From: Trichoplax adhaerens
Taxonomy: Eukaryota; Animalia; Placozoa
Assembly (NCBI RefSeq): GCF_000150275.1
Contig: NW_002060944.1
Span: 5,741,102 to 5,805,101 of the forward strand
Direction: 5' to 3'
DNA length: 64,000 bases
Shown here: one piece after another, positions 1 through 13,321 of the stretch
How the letters are laid out: each line of letters opens with the position of its first letter
Numbering within the stretch: position 1 is the first letter of the stretch
The notes under the pieces: model-generated
Database searches by the model: none
Told to the model about the DNA's origin: nothing
What the model saw: only the letters and a program-made list of their open reading frames with translations
Position numbers and translations under genes: made by a program

Positions 1-54
1 ACGACCTATATGCATCATATCTCATCAAATTTTAATAATTTATTCTATGGGTAG

Positions 55-1591
55 GCTGTTAAGTATTTAACTACGGAATTTTATAAAACCAATTACAGTT
101 TACAGCAACGTTTGGATATATTAGAGGTGTTTATCAAAACAAAATTGAAAAAATGATTTATTCTAAAATATTGATTTTATTTTATTGTCTGATCCAGGCT
201 TGATGTTACAAATTATTAAAAACTTTATGACAACATTTAGATTATTGCGAAATCTGCTCAAGAATTATCTTCCCCACACACGACTGATAGTGAAAGTAAG
301 AAAGAGGCGATACCCAGTGACAATTATGGCACTGGACCCCAACATAGGTCAAAGACTCCGAATTGGCAGCAAATTGTCAATGAAAGAATTAAATTGAAAA
401 CTCGTCGTTTTGCGAAAGTTAGTAATAGCACCTAAAATTTTGATGTCAAATAGGTTAAATTCTTGTTATTTTATCAGCTTCATATTTCGTGTATATAATC
501 GTGATTATTTATTCGCATAGGGTCGGCCAAAGTCACGAGTAAAGAGTATAGCTAATCGCTTTGCACCAGTCGCAGGCCTTTTCTTTTTCCCGCTACTGCA
601 GCACTTTGACAGGTTGTATACGTCTTAGCGCTTAAGCTAATAACAATTTTAATAAATAAGTTCAACAAATTACTTATTGGTATTTCTCGCTACTAACTAG
701 ACCATTAAACACCATGGATCTACTTGGAGATGACTCCTTCGTATTAGGTCGATTAATTTATACGTTAGGTGTCGTCTTGTATGCTGCTATTAATACTACG
801 GTTAGTATAAATGGATAGCTTAGACTAACTAGCCACCAACCCAAATGTGAACATACTGTCAGATAGTAAGTATTAACTTGATATTTATCGATGTAGATTG
901 TTGACAGTATGGGTAAATCTTTATTAGAATTTTTATGGGCCGTAAGATTTCATGAAGAAGCGTAAGAGACTACAAAAAGCTTTTAAAAATAAATTTAATC
1001 TCTATCTGTTAACAAAAATTTTTCAATTCCTCATATATCCAATCTAACTTGCAGGTACATTCGCCAGTCGATCATTTTCAGCTTCACGATGATCATCTTA
1101 AGTTTACCTTCATATGTTTTAATCGGGAATGCAGATATCTATGAATTTCAAGCTTGGATGCAAGGTTTATACATTTTGACATTAAAATAAATCTGAGTAT
1201 GTTTTAAAAAAGTAAATACTAGATATTTATATGCACAAAATGTTTGGATAGTAGTGCTAGACAGTATAAAGTTATCAATGATAGTATAGCCTTGGTAGAA
1301 TAATTTTTTAATAAATTATCATTCTGGTATGCTTATCGAGACTAGATTTAATTCACAAAGATCCCAATAGTGAGTGTCGAAAACTAGCTGCACAATCGTT
1401 ATCCTTACTGCAAGATACTTTCAAAAAGGTTAGTATAGAATGAATTTGCTACCTATTTCAACATGTACGACTACAGTATATTCTATCCATAGTGGAAAAA
1501 TTTTTTGGATCTACTTCTATAACTAATTTATACAATTACGTACTATCTATATCACTTCTAAAATTAGGAATTGTTACCGGAAGAAAAATAA
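55..1591 (+). CDS. TELO2: Telomere length regulation protein TEL2 homolog, 3' exons only (gene starts left of the window)
   Basis: Spliced GT-AG exons give AVKYLTTEFYKTNYSLQQRLDILE, KTRRFAK/GRPKSRVKSIANRFAPVAGLFFFPLL, LDLLGDDSFVLGRLIYTLG, LLEFLWAVRFHEEAYIRQS, DPNSECRKLA and ELLPEEK*. These match TEL2 C-terminal motifs. Confidence 0.9.
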
Positions 1592-1837
1592 TTAGCTGTA
1601 TACTGAAGCAGAACTATAAATTAATTAATTACAGTGTATATGCGCGTATATATACGTGAGTGGAAGGATAGTGAAAAAAGATTGATTAAATATCATTTCG
1701 ATGGTTGATTCTATACGCTTAATTTGAAATTTTCTATTTTGCACGGTAAATGATGTCAACTAGTAAGTACTGTGTGTACAATTGTAGTACTGTAATGGTC
1801 AATAATATACAGTATGAATCTATGTTACTGCATTCAA

Positions 1838-2924
1838 TTAGATATCATCCATTTCTTTGATTTCTTCATATCCAATAACTTGTAAAAATCTCGGATGATC
1901 ATATATTTTTCCATATGGAATACTGTAATAAAAGTCTTCTTTTGCTCCATTAATCTCTAAATATTGAATGATTTCATCATTGAGAAATCGAGCGGCCATT
2001 CTTCCGTCGCTCCATGAGACAACTGATTCGACAGGATAATGTCTACAAATTTAGCAGATATTAAATGAGTGATGAAATTATTATCTATTTCTTAAAGTTA
2101 TTCCAGCATACTATCATGTAATCTTCAAAAGAAGTTATTTTTATGCGTATAGCTAGCTTTACCAGCGGAGCATAGTAAATGGACGAGGATTACATCATTA
2201 CTGACTGTAAGCTGATCGCCTTAAGTTAATAATGCAACTACTACCGATTATCTGCGAAAATGAATTCAGTCTTGCCTGCTAATGTAGATATAAGCATGGA
2301 TAAGAAACGTTACCTATTACGTCTATTTCCCCAAAACGTCAAAGTTGATAGGATTATTTCTTGATCATCATCAGAAATCCATAATTCGCCAATAATTCGA
2401 CGGAAAAAATAACTGAAAACAAACAAAGCGACTGTTGTACTGGTTGCAGTACTAATTGTAGTCCAAAAAACCAGGTTGGATATCATTTGATGTGTATACC
2501 AGTAGCACGAAGGAATGCTAAGACTTAACATGAATCCAACTTGGAATAATTTAAATCGCGACGCAAATCGAAACCAATGCATTCGAGGTAATTTATAAAG
2601 TAACTGATAGCCACTAAATTGGTTACGCGATTGTCTTGTCGATTGAACATCCTTGCACTTGTTCTCATCTGTGCAATAAAGATTAGCTGTAGTCGTCCAT
2701 TTACGTAAGGAGTTTGGTATCTTTTGTCTTGCAATCCAACGATCCATCGTCATCATTCTAACCGTAGTTGTAGGACGAGTGTAATCCCAGAGGAATCTTC
2801 TACAGTGTAACTGAATATTGGCTTGATAGTTGAGGAAATGCCTACCTTGGATACCCCAACGGCTGGCATTGCAACAGCTCTGATAAACAGAGCATATTGT
2901 CCGAGGTATGGCCCATTGATTCAT
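1838..2924 (-). CDS. TMEM186: Transmembrane protein 186 (mitochondrial complex I assembly factor), 2 coding exons (2314-2924, 1838-2042)
   Basis: LYKLPRMHWFRFASRFKLFQ...FSYFFRRIIGELWI...LTFWGNR|RHYPVESV...FYYSIPYGKIYDHPRFLQVIG matches the TMEM186 pattern, with two TM segments. The start ATG at 2924 is tentative because the ORF-track start at 2933 is GTG. Confidence 0.85.
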
Positions 2925-3461
2925 CTTTTCCACTTTAATCTTGATTCATTTCTTATTCCTAGTTTCTACTGTAAAAATCAACTTTACTGCAGGCTATTCC
3001 AGGCTCAAAATACTCCACAGTTCTAATGATGTTCCATCGTCAGTAGCAATTGCGAGATCAATTTCCACCAATGGTTGCAGCAACGATTGAGCAATGAGCA
3101 CTTGAGCAGCCTTCTGCAACAAGATGGGTTGGCCAGTACTGTATATAGTATAGTTTTTAAACAGTCCAGAACAAGTGATAACGTACATGATTCTGTATGG
3201 CAATACTGGAGCAACACGGTTAGCATCATTCTTCAATCGGTACATTCGTAATATGCGAGTTTGACGTACTATAAAAGTCGAAGATAAGAACACGCTCCAA
3301 CTTTCTCTATATAAATACTGTAGTGCCATCACTTGAAAGAGCAGTAACTAGCACTGCATTTTACGTCCGATTGTCTGTCTGTACAGCACTAGAATCTCAA
3401 GACTCGACAAGCGGATAAGTGCTAGTTCAGTTCAAATTAAATATTTTGTATTGGTTCTCGG

Positions 3462-3552
3462 CTACAGTTACCGGTACTGTACTGTCTACTCTTACAGTAC
3501 TGTCACACTGTCTAGATTGTACCGTACGTACTGTACACTGTACAGAACTGTA
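3462..3552. promoter_or_regulatory. TACAGTA/TACTGTA-type cluster in the divergent TMEM186/SIRT7 intergenic region
   Basis: ctacagttaccggtactgtactgt...tacagtactgtc...gtaccgtacgtactgtacactgtacag lies between two head-to-head genes. A regulatory role is inferred. Confidence 0.45.
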
Positions 3553-4154
3553 TCGTAGTAACCAGGCGGAAGGACCGTTCGAATATTCATCTAATAACGA
3601 GATCTTGATCTTTGTGCTCTAGCATTAAAGACTGGATCGCTAATGATATGATTATTACTACCATTTACAACCATTATTATCGTCAGTAGAAAGCTCTAAT
3701 ACTGTCCATGTATAATTCGGATACATTCAATATGAAAGTTAAGTGTTCCATGGATATTCTATGATAACATCACTGATAAAAACTAGTTGAAAACGAATGC
3801 ACGATGGATAGCCTGAAAGCGTTTCGTCGATAGCCATCATCTCAGAATTGACTGCTACCAATAAAGGGAAGTTACCGTGATGATTATTTCCTCGATCTTG
3901 CATACCATGTTAGTAAACTACAAATACACCTACAGGCTAGAGCGATTATAATAACGAGGATTTGATTTTCGCCGCTAGATCATAGATTTGATTTGCTAAC
4001 CCTCATTATATATTACTGTAAGTGGATATGTTGCATACCTAATCAGCAATACTGCCAATCCATTCTTGTTTTCAACTCTTGAATAGCTCAAGTTAAAACC
4101 AAGATACGTAAAAAGGAAACAGAATTATCAATATTATAAATATCGGTGTGAAAC

Positions 4155-7100
4155 ATGAATGAAAGCACATCAAGTGACGGTATGAATCAGGCGGTCATCA
4201 AGATTTCAAGAGAAGATCGCAAGAGGAAACAAGCCGAGGACGCTTCATTAAAGGCTGAATATCACCAACGTTATAAAAACATTCGCAAAATTCTATTACG
4301 CAAAGCTGAAGACAGAAGCAGTGATGAAAGCGCATTACTAGCTAATTTTCCTGAAATTACAGGGGATATTCAGCGCTCATTACAAAAATATTTAACGTTA
4401 AAATCGAGAAAAGAGGAGGTCAGTTATAGCATCTATCTACCCTTCCAATATCACTGTTTTCTTGTACTTTACTATAAGATATAATGCTGTTAATTACGGT
4501 GCAGAGTAGTACCGTAATAACGCTTTGGTTTCTACCAGTGTTGAGCGGTTTACCGATAGTTTTTTGTTAATCAGGATACGTATGTTAACAGTAAGTACAT
4601 CGTGATATGTATGACTTTAGCGCTACACTTTGCCCTTGTCTTGGGTTTTCTTGCAGATCTATCAACTGCAGTTTTCTACTTTGTGTTATTTGTGCAAATT
4701 GTTGCTGTTTTCTATTAATTATTCGTCGGGTTGATAAATTCACATACAACCATACTGCACGTATACGAGTACACAGTGATAATATTGCCTATTGAATTCT
4801 TAAATTTCTTAACAGCATTCGTTGCACCATCATTTTGCTTTCCTACTTTAGCCTCGAAAAGTGAATGAAAGATAGGCGTTACATATTAGCTATTCCATAT
4901 AAATCTTACACGATCACTACAACGATATAGCACACCATTGGCACCGTATGAGTACTTTTATCGTTATGCAACCCTAATGTGTCGATGTGCGTGTTTGCAA
5001 ATTACAGCTGGAAAAGGATACAGGATTTCTTCTGATGAGTGATAGAAAGACTTTTAAATTTGATTGACCACCCTTGAAATAAATTGACTACATACAGTAT
5101 TTAAATGAATAGTTCCTGTTTACTTTATTAAAATTATTCGTAGCTGCCTTACAGGATTGATTATATATATCTTGGAAACAATTTACATGTAGACATATCA
5201 ACAACAGGAAATCGCTACTTTGAATATTTAATCTCATCAAAATACAACACATGAATTGATACTTGCACCGCTTTGAGCTTATAATCCTGATAGTACTACC
5301 TTAGTACAGTATAAGATTATTATACTACGCGTATATATCACTCTTAAAAAATATCTTGTTTTACTTAATTTAAACAATAGAGTGATACGCGATTTGCACG
5401 TTTACGCACTCGGAATTACACAAACTAAGTACGAGATACTTACTCTGATAGCTTTTAATTTCTTCGCCCATACGACTTATTAAATGAACTCAAGTTAACA
5501 GCCTACTTGCGCACGTATAGAATTATAATATTTTATAGTAGGATAGTGTACATACCTCGTATGTACAGTTTTTAGGAATGAGACAAGCGTAAACTATATT
5601 TACCTCGATTCAAATGTAACGAGGCTCTATAATCCTCAACACAAGCGAAGAATTTAATTCAATAGAGTACTAAATTAAACCATCTATGATGTATCTTGAT
5701 TGAATTTAACATCTTGTTAAAAATACGTTTATTTCAGATTATTGACGACTCTGAAGTTATTAGCATAAAAATTGATCAATTAGCGGAGGCTGTTCGTTGT
5801 GCTAAATGCTTGGTCATCTATACAGGAGCTGGAATAAGCACGGTACAACAGACATTTTTCTTCAGTACTTTACCTTGGCGAAGATTACATTTCACCTAAA
5901 CTCTTTCTTATCACTACCAATAAATTAATTGAAGTGTCCAATATCAAATATTGTATGTTTCTAAGCTATTCTTATTTTTTATATTCCATATCATAGGCTG
6001 CTCAAATTCCTGATTATCGGTAAGTTACAAGTTATTTAATCATATCGTCCATTTGAAAATTCGGACTTGTAAACTTCTAGAAATAAACGTTATTATTAAT
6101 TATCTTGTTTATGCTTGCTTTTATTTCATCAAATATGAAAGGGGTCCAAATGGTGTCTGGACGCAATTAGCTCGTGGTAGAAGAGCAACGTAAGTTACTA
6201 CAAAGGCTATAAAAGAACTAAGTCGTAGTCGGTTTCGTAAAATTGAAATATTCATATGAGTTTACTGTATAAGTACTGAATTTATCAACCTGTTACGCTA
6301 ATTGATAACAATTCTTTCCGAAGGGGACGAGATATGATAGAAGCCGAGCCAACATTTACTCACATGGCTATCGTTGAACTATATAAAGCGAACCTAGTAA
6401 ATATTTTCCATTTGCTAATTCGTAATTTTAATATATGACTATTGATGAGACACGCTACTGTAAATACTGATAGCTATAATATGTTCTTCCAGGCGAATTA
6501 TGTTGTTTCACAAAACTGTGATGGTTTGCATCTGAGAAGTGGATTACCAAGATCTGCCTTATCGGAAGTCCATGGCAACATGTACATGGAGGTAAATCGA
6601 CTCTTATTACACTTTTAAATATACTTTTAACTCTTTTCATGCTTTTCTTTTATTATCAAAGGTTTGCAGTAATTGCCAACCTCAACGAGAATATTTTAGA
6701 TTATTTGATGTAACGCAGGATACGGCATTAAGGCGACACACAACTCGAAGAACTTGTGACGTCTGTGGAAATAACCTCGTTGATACAATTGTTCACTTTG
6801 GAGAAAGGAGTAGATTAGTAGAGCCCCATAACTGGCAAACTGCAATTGATTGGGCAAACAAAACGGACATGATACTCTGTTTAGGCTCCAGCCTAAAAGT
6901 ATGCCAGTTCTAAATTTAACTTATCTTCTTTTAAAAAAATTTATCATTGGATAGTACCACTAATTCATCTTTTACAGGTTTTGAAGCACTATCACCCGCT
7001 ATGGGGAAGTAAAAGGGCTAAATCAAAGAGACCTAAAATTTTCATTGTGAACTTACAGGTATTACTTTTAAACTGACATAGAGACATCCTAGAACAGTTC

Positions 7101-7782
7101 ATTATTTAGTCCACCTTTAGAAATTAGAATTAATAACTTTTTAAAAATGTTATTATGCTTTAATACCTAATTTACTTAGAAAAAATCTATCAGAGGTGTA
7201 TTTTGATAATATGATTTATTGTACGCGCTATAGTGGACTCCTAAAGATAGCTATTCAACTCTGAAGATAAATGGTAATATGGTATAAGCAGAGATTTATT
7301 TCCGTTGCTATCGACTGTAGAAAGTAATTTGCGCATTGCTAATCATTTTCTGAATTGACGTAGCTCCCTGTGATATTGTCATGAAGTCGCTAATGCGAAA
7401 GCTGGATATTTGTGTGCCTCCGTATAACTCGTACGTTCATATATGTTGCACGGACTATACTACTGTTGTTGTATTTTTATACACTTAATATAAAGTTATT
7501 CCCTAAGCAAGCTAAATGTTGTAGTTAAAATTTTGTAGGTATTGCGATCCGTTGCAAGCATTGAGCACATCTGTGAAAGAAATGGAAATAGATACTATCA
7601 ATTCTAAGCAGATCTTTAAGAAAGATATGACGACTTCCTGCCTTGATGGCGATATCTTAAATAAAGAATTTCAAGCTATAGTTGATGGTAATGATAGAAA
7701 AATTGACATTAAGATACAAACAGTAACTGCTGGTTGGTATGGAAAAGGTTATTGCAAGAAAAGAAAATATAAAAGAAGATGA
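4155..7782 (+). CDS. SIRT7: NAD-dependent deacetylase sirtuin-7, multi-exon
   Basis: Motifs YTGAGIST|AAQIPDYR|[28 protein letters not shown], Zn-binding [23 protein letters not shown] and VNLQWTPKD. The C-terminus [16 protein letters not shown] and helical N-terminal extension are typical of SIRT7. Confidence 0.93.
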
Positions 7783-8537
7783 TCGCAAAATTTTTGGCCT
7801 TCAGTTACGTTTCCTCTACTAGAATTCTAAGAATTAAAATTGAAAGGATTTAGGTTGCAATTTTAACGGCAACAGTCTGAAGATAATTATAGGTGTTCTC
7901 TATTGACTTAGAAACGAAATTGATAGTCTACTGGTAAAAACTTTTAGTTTGTAAATGCAAAAGTGGTATAAAATAGCCATGAAAACCGAGCTTGCATCGA
8001 TTAATCTTAATAACGCAAAAAAATCATATGGTGACCGTTTTATTATAAGGAGAGACTTTGGCAATCGTTCTACAGTTAAGCAATGAAGTACTTGTAAAGG
8101 TCAAGTATCGTTGACTTACACGTAATCATTTTAAAATAGTCGCAGTTAGATAAACATTTAGTAATGCTTAACATTGTTTATGGTTAACAGACCGAACTTG
8201 CCAAAAAAACGTTACTTAAAATCACAACAAATATAATCGAATACACCACCACGAATAAGATATGAATGTTATTATTGCAATTGAGTTATTGTCATTTTTG
8301 CAATAACGATGTAAAATAAGAAATATAATCTACTAAATTAAATTACGATCGAACGACCGTCTGCAAAATAGAAAAGAATTATTTGCAGGTCTGTACGTTG
8401 AAGCCCTTTGCTAAACTGGACAATAAAATATTCCAGGCAATATTCTTCTATCACATCAAATGAGTGAGCGTACTTCTTCCTTGAAATTTCAACCAGACTT
8501 ACAGTATAATAGGATCCAACGTAACATTAAGGGTCTC

Positions 8538-11500
8538 TTACGCTGGCAAGGTTAAATTCTTACCTTTCATGACTATAAAATATCAATGATAATTATGATA
8601 ATAAATTAGTAATTATAATGGTCACATTTAAAGATATACTATACGTATGCATGCAAGCATATCTAAAAAGTATAAACAATATTGCTTAATTATCAACGAC
8701 GTATTTTCTGAAGTAAAATCCTATCAATTTACCTCTGGTTATATACAGATAAAAGAAATCACAGTAAAGTCCTGTTTGTACAATTCCAGATAATACTGCT
8801 ATCCAATCCAAGTGCCCTTCTACGTAGTATCTGTAAATCCAATTCAAAATATAAAGCCCCCGATAGGATCCCAAAGCAAACAGATAGTGACTAGTGATCG
8901 ATTCCGCTTCTCCTGTTTTCGTAATCATAAACAATTGTGGTAGAATAGCGACTGCTTCCAAGTAAATGGAAAAGGTCCATAAAATCTAAATATTTTTGGC
9001 CAATTAAAATCATATCATTAACACTACATTATACATACTTGTGCATGAGTAAAATCTCCAAATTCGCTTTCAAGAAATTTAATTTTTTAATTAACTTTTT
9101 TTTCATTTATTAGTTATTCTAAAGTGACACTAGTATTACTGTATTTCTACATTATAGATAAAATTTTTTTCCTCTACTGTACCTCGGTCGCAGAGAATTC
9201 ATGATTAATTAACAGAGCCAGTATTACTGAAACAACAATCAATAGTTCAAATCTGAAAGTGTCATGATTTCTATTGTAAGTTGCTTTAAATTTCATGAAA
9301 ATCAAGTAAATGGTAGCATAGGATGATGCCAGAAAAAATATTTTCATAGTGGTATTATAAATAGAAACGAAATTGGTGAACAAGTCCAGGTATCTGCAGG
9401 TGAATACAGCAGTAAAGAGTAGCTGACTTTTACCAGATATGCCTAAAGGAAGACAAGTAGCCGATTTTCAAATTAGTAAGCAGTCATTCTTGTTTGTTAA
9501 TACTCGAATGTTAGTATTAATTTTACAATCAAATTGCGAATAATAGTGTGGCAAGACGTATTGTTACATAATGAGCGGAAAAAGCGTGCCATATTATTAT
9601 AATTTGTAAGAATTAATGCTAACAAATAATATGCCAGCAAACCATTAAATCAATGACGATCGCCAGATGGGTCGTTATCATCGGATAAAATATTTCGTAC
9701 TATTACAGTATACCGAGAACGATTTTCAGTCTACTATTTTCGCTAATGTCTGGCATTATAATAATTAGAAATCGCCATGTCATCCATATCTATACGCGAT
9801 GTTGGTAAAATAGTTCAGAAATGAGACAACATATCCTACGGGGGTAATGCAGGATATGAATGTGATGATAATGCAATCTGGATAGAATGCTTCAAATTTA
9901 TAGGTGAGTTTGTGAGATTGCTGTACCAATATCATTAGTAATAGCACTACTAATAAAGTAACTGAGGGATTATTGTGAATGTCAATGTACTGCATCAAAC
10001 TGTGAGCAGTGCCAACATTAATGATCCTAATCCGTACCGCCTAAGGTGCATGAAAGAGAATGAAGGTCATTATACTGTAGATAACACCACAGTAATAATT
10101 ATTACTATTCGTGCTAACAGGGTACATCGGTCCATGTCATAACGCACTGACTGCACTTGGTTTACTGCATCACCAAAAGTACCATACAATCGTTTTGATA
10201 ACCTCTCCAAGACGAAGGAGCTCAAAACTAATAATTAGGACTAATCCCATCCATAGCTTGCATTATAATTCTATAGTATGAAGGCTTAGCAGCAATAAAG
10301 AACTAGCAAAAATATCTACTAAGAATAATAGACTTCTAAGCGAGTGTCGTATCGAAAATTTCATCTTTTTGTGTCCCCGAGGCCACAAGATGCAAACTGC
10401 CTAGACCAGTTATGAGGCTGAATGCTTTCCGACATTGATGCAACTTACGGTATACGCGCAATTGATTGCGACCGACTCAAAAATATTCTCAATGATAGTA
10501 GATATCGCAAGGTGCTACAGAAAAGTTTATGCGTACATCCCGTAGAGTATCTGCACTCGTATATCGACCGTCTGACCGTGAATAAAATATATATTAACTG
10601 CTGGTAACATAAATACGCGTATAAGATATATAAAAATTACGATATTTACTGCCTAACAAATACAAAGTAACGAGTAGTTGGTAACACTAACTGCTACAGA
10701 CCCATTCATTAAAGTTCAGGAAGACATTGTTATATCAACGTGTCCATTTGTGCTTTTGCTTATACTGTATGCTATTAAAAGGTACAAGAGTCAATTTTCT
10801 ATAAACGAACATTACACAAAAAGCGTACTCAGTTACAGTAAATAAGTAATACTTTATGATAAGGTGATTACGATCAAACTGATATGGCATTGCAAGTCTT
10901 CTATTAGACTTTGTATATAGCAGTGTAAGGAAATTTGACTTGCTCTTCTCGACATCTTTAGTCTACTTTGATACTACAGTGGTGTACAGTAGAGCATAGT
11001 AACACATACACATTCACAATGGAACGTAGTGGGCATGTACAGTACAGTAGTGCCAGAATTCTACAGAACTTCTTTGAATATAAAAAAAATGACCGTAGAT
11101 AAATTTTGATTTCAATATCTTCAATTGATTTTGTCGACGAATTGGTAAATCATGTTTCATGACAGAAATTTTCAAAGAATGACTCAACCAAAAGCTTTCA
11201 TATCCATATATAAACGTTTATACGTACACTGTATTACAGAGTAATGAATTAGCAGGCACACTGCGAACTGCGAAGTAATGCACCCCTGTTGGATAGCATC
11301 GCCAGTGGTCATTATTTCTCAATCCCACTTACTAGTACGAAGGTAAGCAACATTATGAAGGATAATTTCACTGGTTTAGTAATGTAGAAAAGATCTTCAA
11401 TTGATTCTACACTTACTTTGACTTTGAATTCACTGTAAAAACGATTAAAAACTAGCTATGGCACTTAAACCTCAGGTAGTTTCGAAGGAAAGACTACTTT

Positions 11501-11873
11501 TCATCTGTACGATAACAATCATTGTAAATCTCTGCATTATGTATTGCTATACTGTATTATGCGTTTATCGCCAACGATACCAGAAATAAGGTGAATACAA
11601 CATTCAAGTAAAAGATAAGTTAATAACTTAGCATGATCGAATGGCCAACGAAGACGATGTGAAATCGACATGGCCTACGACAAGCGAAAATATCTTGTCA
11701 AAAGGCAGCGAGAACACCCCGCGTCTGTCCGATACTGTAGTGTGTCCACTGGACACTAGAGTAGACTAGTTGCTGAATTTACCTGAACAGGATCTCGATC
11801 TCCAAATTTTGATCAGCAGGATGATAATTGCTGCCAAGTGAGACATATCGCCTATCAATCGAAAGACATTCAT
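8538..11873 (-). CDS. KDELR: ER lumen protein-retaining (KDEL) receptor, 4 exons with a ~2.3 kb first intron
   Basis: [31 protein letters not shown]|[21 protein letters not shown]...[34 protein letters not shown]...[13 protein letters not shown]...KGKNLTLPA*. Confidence 0.96.
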
Positions 11874-12019
11874 CTTTTCCAATGTTCACTGTGGTCTATC
11901 GACTCTAAAATAGAATATTAATAACTAAATGCTCTCCTCTTTCTCAACAACCACAACCCACAACTTCTTGCTAGAGTGATCGTCTTCACCACTTATTGGA
12001 CTGACACAGAGACACAGGC

Positions 12020-12405
12020 ACTACGGTACTTTCAGTACAGTACGTACTGTCTGTATCGTACAGTACTGTAAATTCAGAGTCTTTACTCGTCTCTCTTTAC
12101 ACTGTACAGTATAGTACAGTACTGTACAGTACTGTACACAGTGTACAGTACAGTATAACGTACAGTACGTACTGTACTGTACTGTACTGGACTCTCACTA
12201 CTCACGACGACGGCCAGGTGTACTGTACGTACAGTGTCCAGTACAGTACAGTACTGTACAGTACATGTACTGTACAGTATGTCTACCGGCAATACTGTAC
12301 AGTACTGTACTGTACTGTACAATTTCAGCGTCAGGCCGTCAGCTGATCATAATATACTGTACTGTACAGTATAGTGAGTGGACTGTGTACACTATACAGA
12401 CAGTA
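12020..12405. repeat. Dense self-complementary (CAGTA/TACTG)n low-complexity cluster upstream of KDELR
   Basis: Dozens of interleaved tacagta/tactgta/gtac units, e.g. tacagtactgtacagtactgta, about 150-530 bp upstream of the KDELR ATG. Confidence 0.85.
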
Positions 12406-12944
12406 TCATGGACAAACAGCAGTCTACAGCTGATAGGATTTTCTAATAGAAGAGAAAATTCTTCTAAGAAATCCCTGCTCAAGCGAGAGATAGCACTGCC
12501 TTTATTTACTGTACTTTCTCAGCCAGTTCGTCTATTAATTTTGCAAAGACTTTCGACCAACTTTATTTACTGCATGCACAGTAAATGCTACGGATAATAC
12601 ACTATAGAATAGTTGTAAGTACTTTCATTATTTCCACCGACTCCAGTTTTAATTTCTCACTCTGTACAGTAAATGGTAGTCTCCTGGAAACTTCTGTCGC
12701 TTAGCACAGGCAGTTAGCGACTTACAAAAATTTCTTCCTCAGTAAATGTAGTTTAATTTATTGTCATTTTATTCGATCACCAATTCCAAACACAATTATA
12801 AACCTCATCTGATTAAGGTTAAGACAGACTTTTACTATACTGGATGGACAGATCAACTGTCGACGATGCGCGATGCCTAGAATCTGCCAAACAGAAATTG
12901 CCACGTCAGTATTCAGAAAAGCCTTTTGTAGAACTTTCTTTAAA

Positions 12945-13120
12945 CAGTACAGTACAGTATTAAGGGTCTCTACTGTACGGTGTACAATACTGTACTAGGA
13001 CCATTTAGCCATACTGTAAAACAGAATGCATCGAATTCGTTGCACCGTACAGTGTACAGTACACTCAGTGCACAGCATACTGTACGTACTGGACTGTACA
13101 TTGTATAATAGTGCTGTACT
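12945..13120. repeat. Second TACWGTA cluster in the KDELR/SPMAP1 divergent intergenic region
   Basis: acagtacagtacagta...tactgtac...gtacagtgtacagtac...tactgtacgtactggactgtac. Confidence 0.65.
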
Positions 13121-13274
13121 TGGTAAGTAGCAAATCGATCAAAACACCGTTGAATTAGAAATTCAGAAACTTTATTTTATTTTATTAATTCGAAATTACG
13201 ATTGGATTGCACATCTCGTTGCAATAACTAGAAAATGAACGTTAACCACATTAGAAAGTTGCATAAATTACGAT

Positions 13275-13321
13275 ATAGAAATTGAATAGAGAAATTTAAC
13301 ATAGAAATTGAATAGAGAAAT
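13275..13321. repeat. 26-bp-period tandem duplication
   Basis: atagaaattgaatagagaaat occurs at 13275 and 13301. Confidence 0.8.

Noticed and set aside
12083-12597. ORFs rich in YSTVQYCTV (also 30187-30443 and 46072-46366)
   Set aside because: These are translations of the TACWGTA low-complexity DNA and appear on both strands and in several frames.
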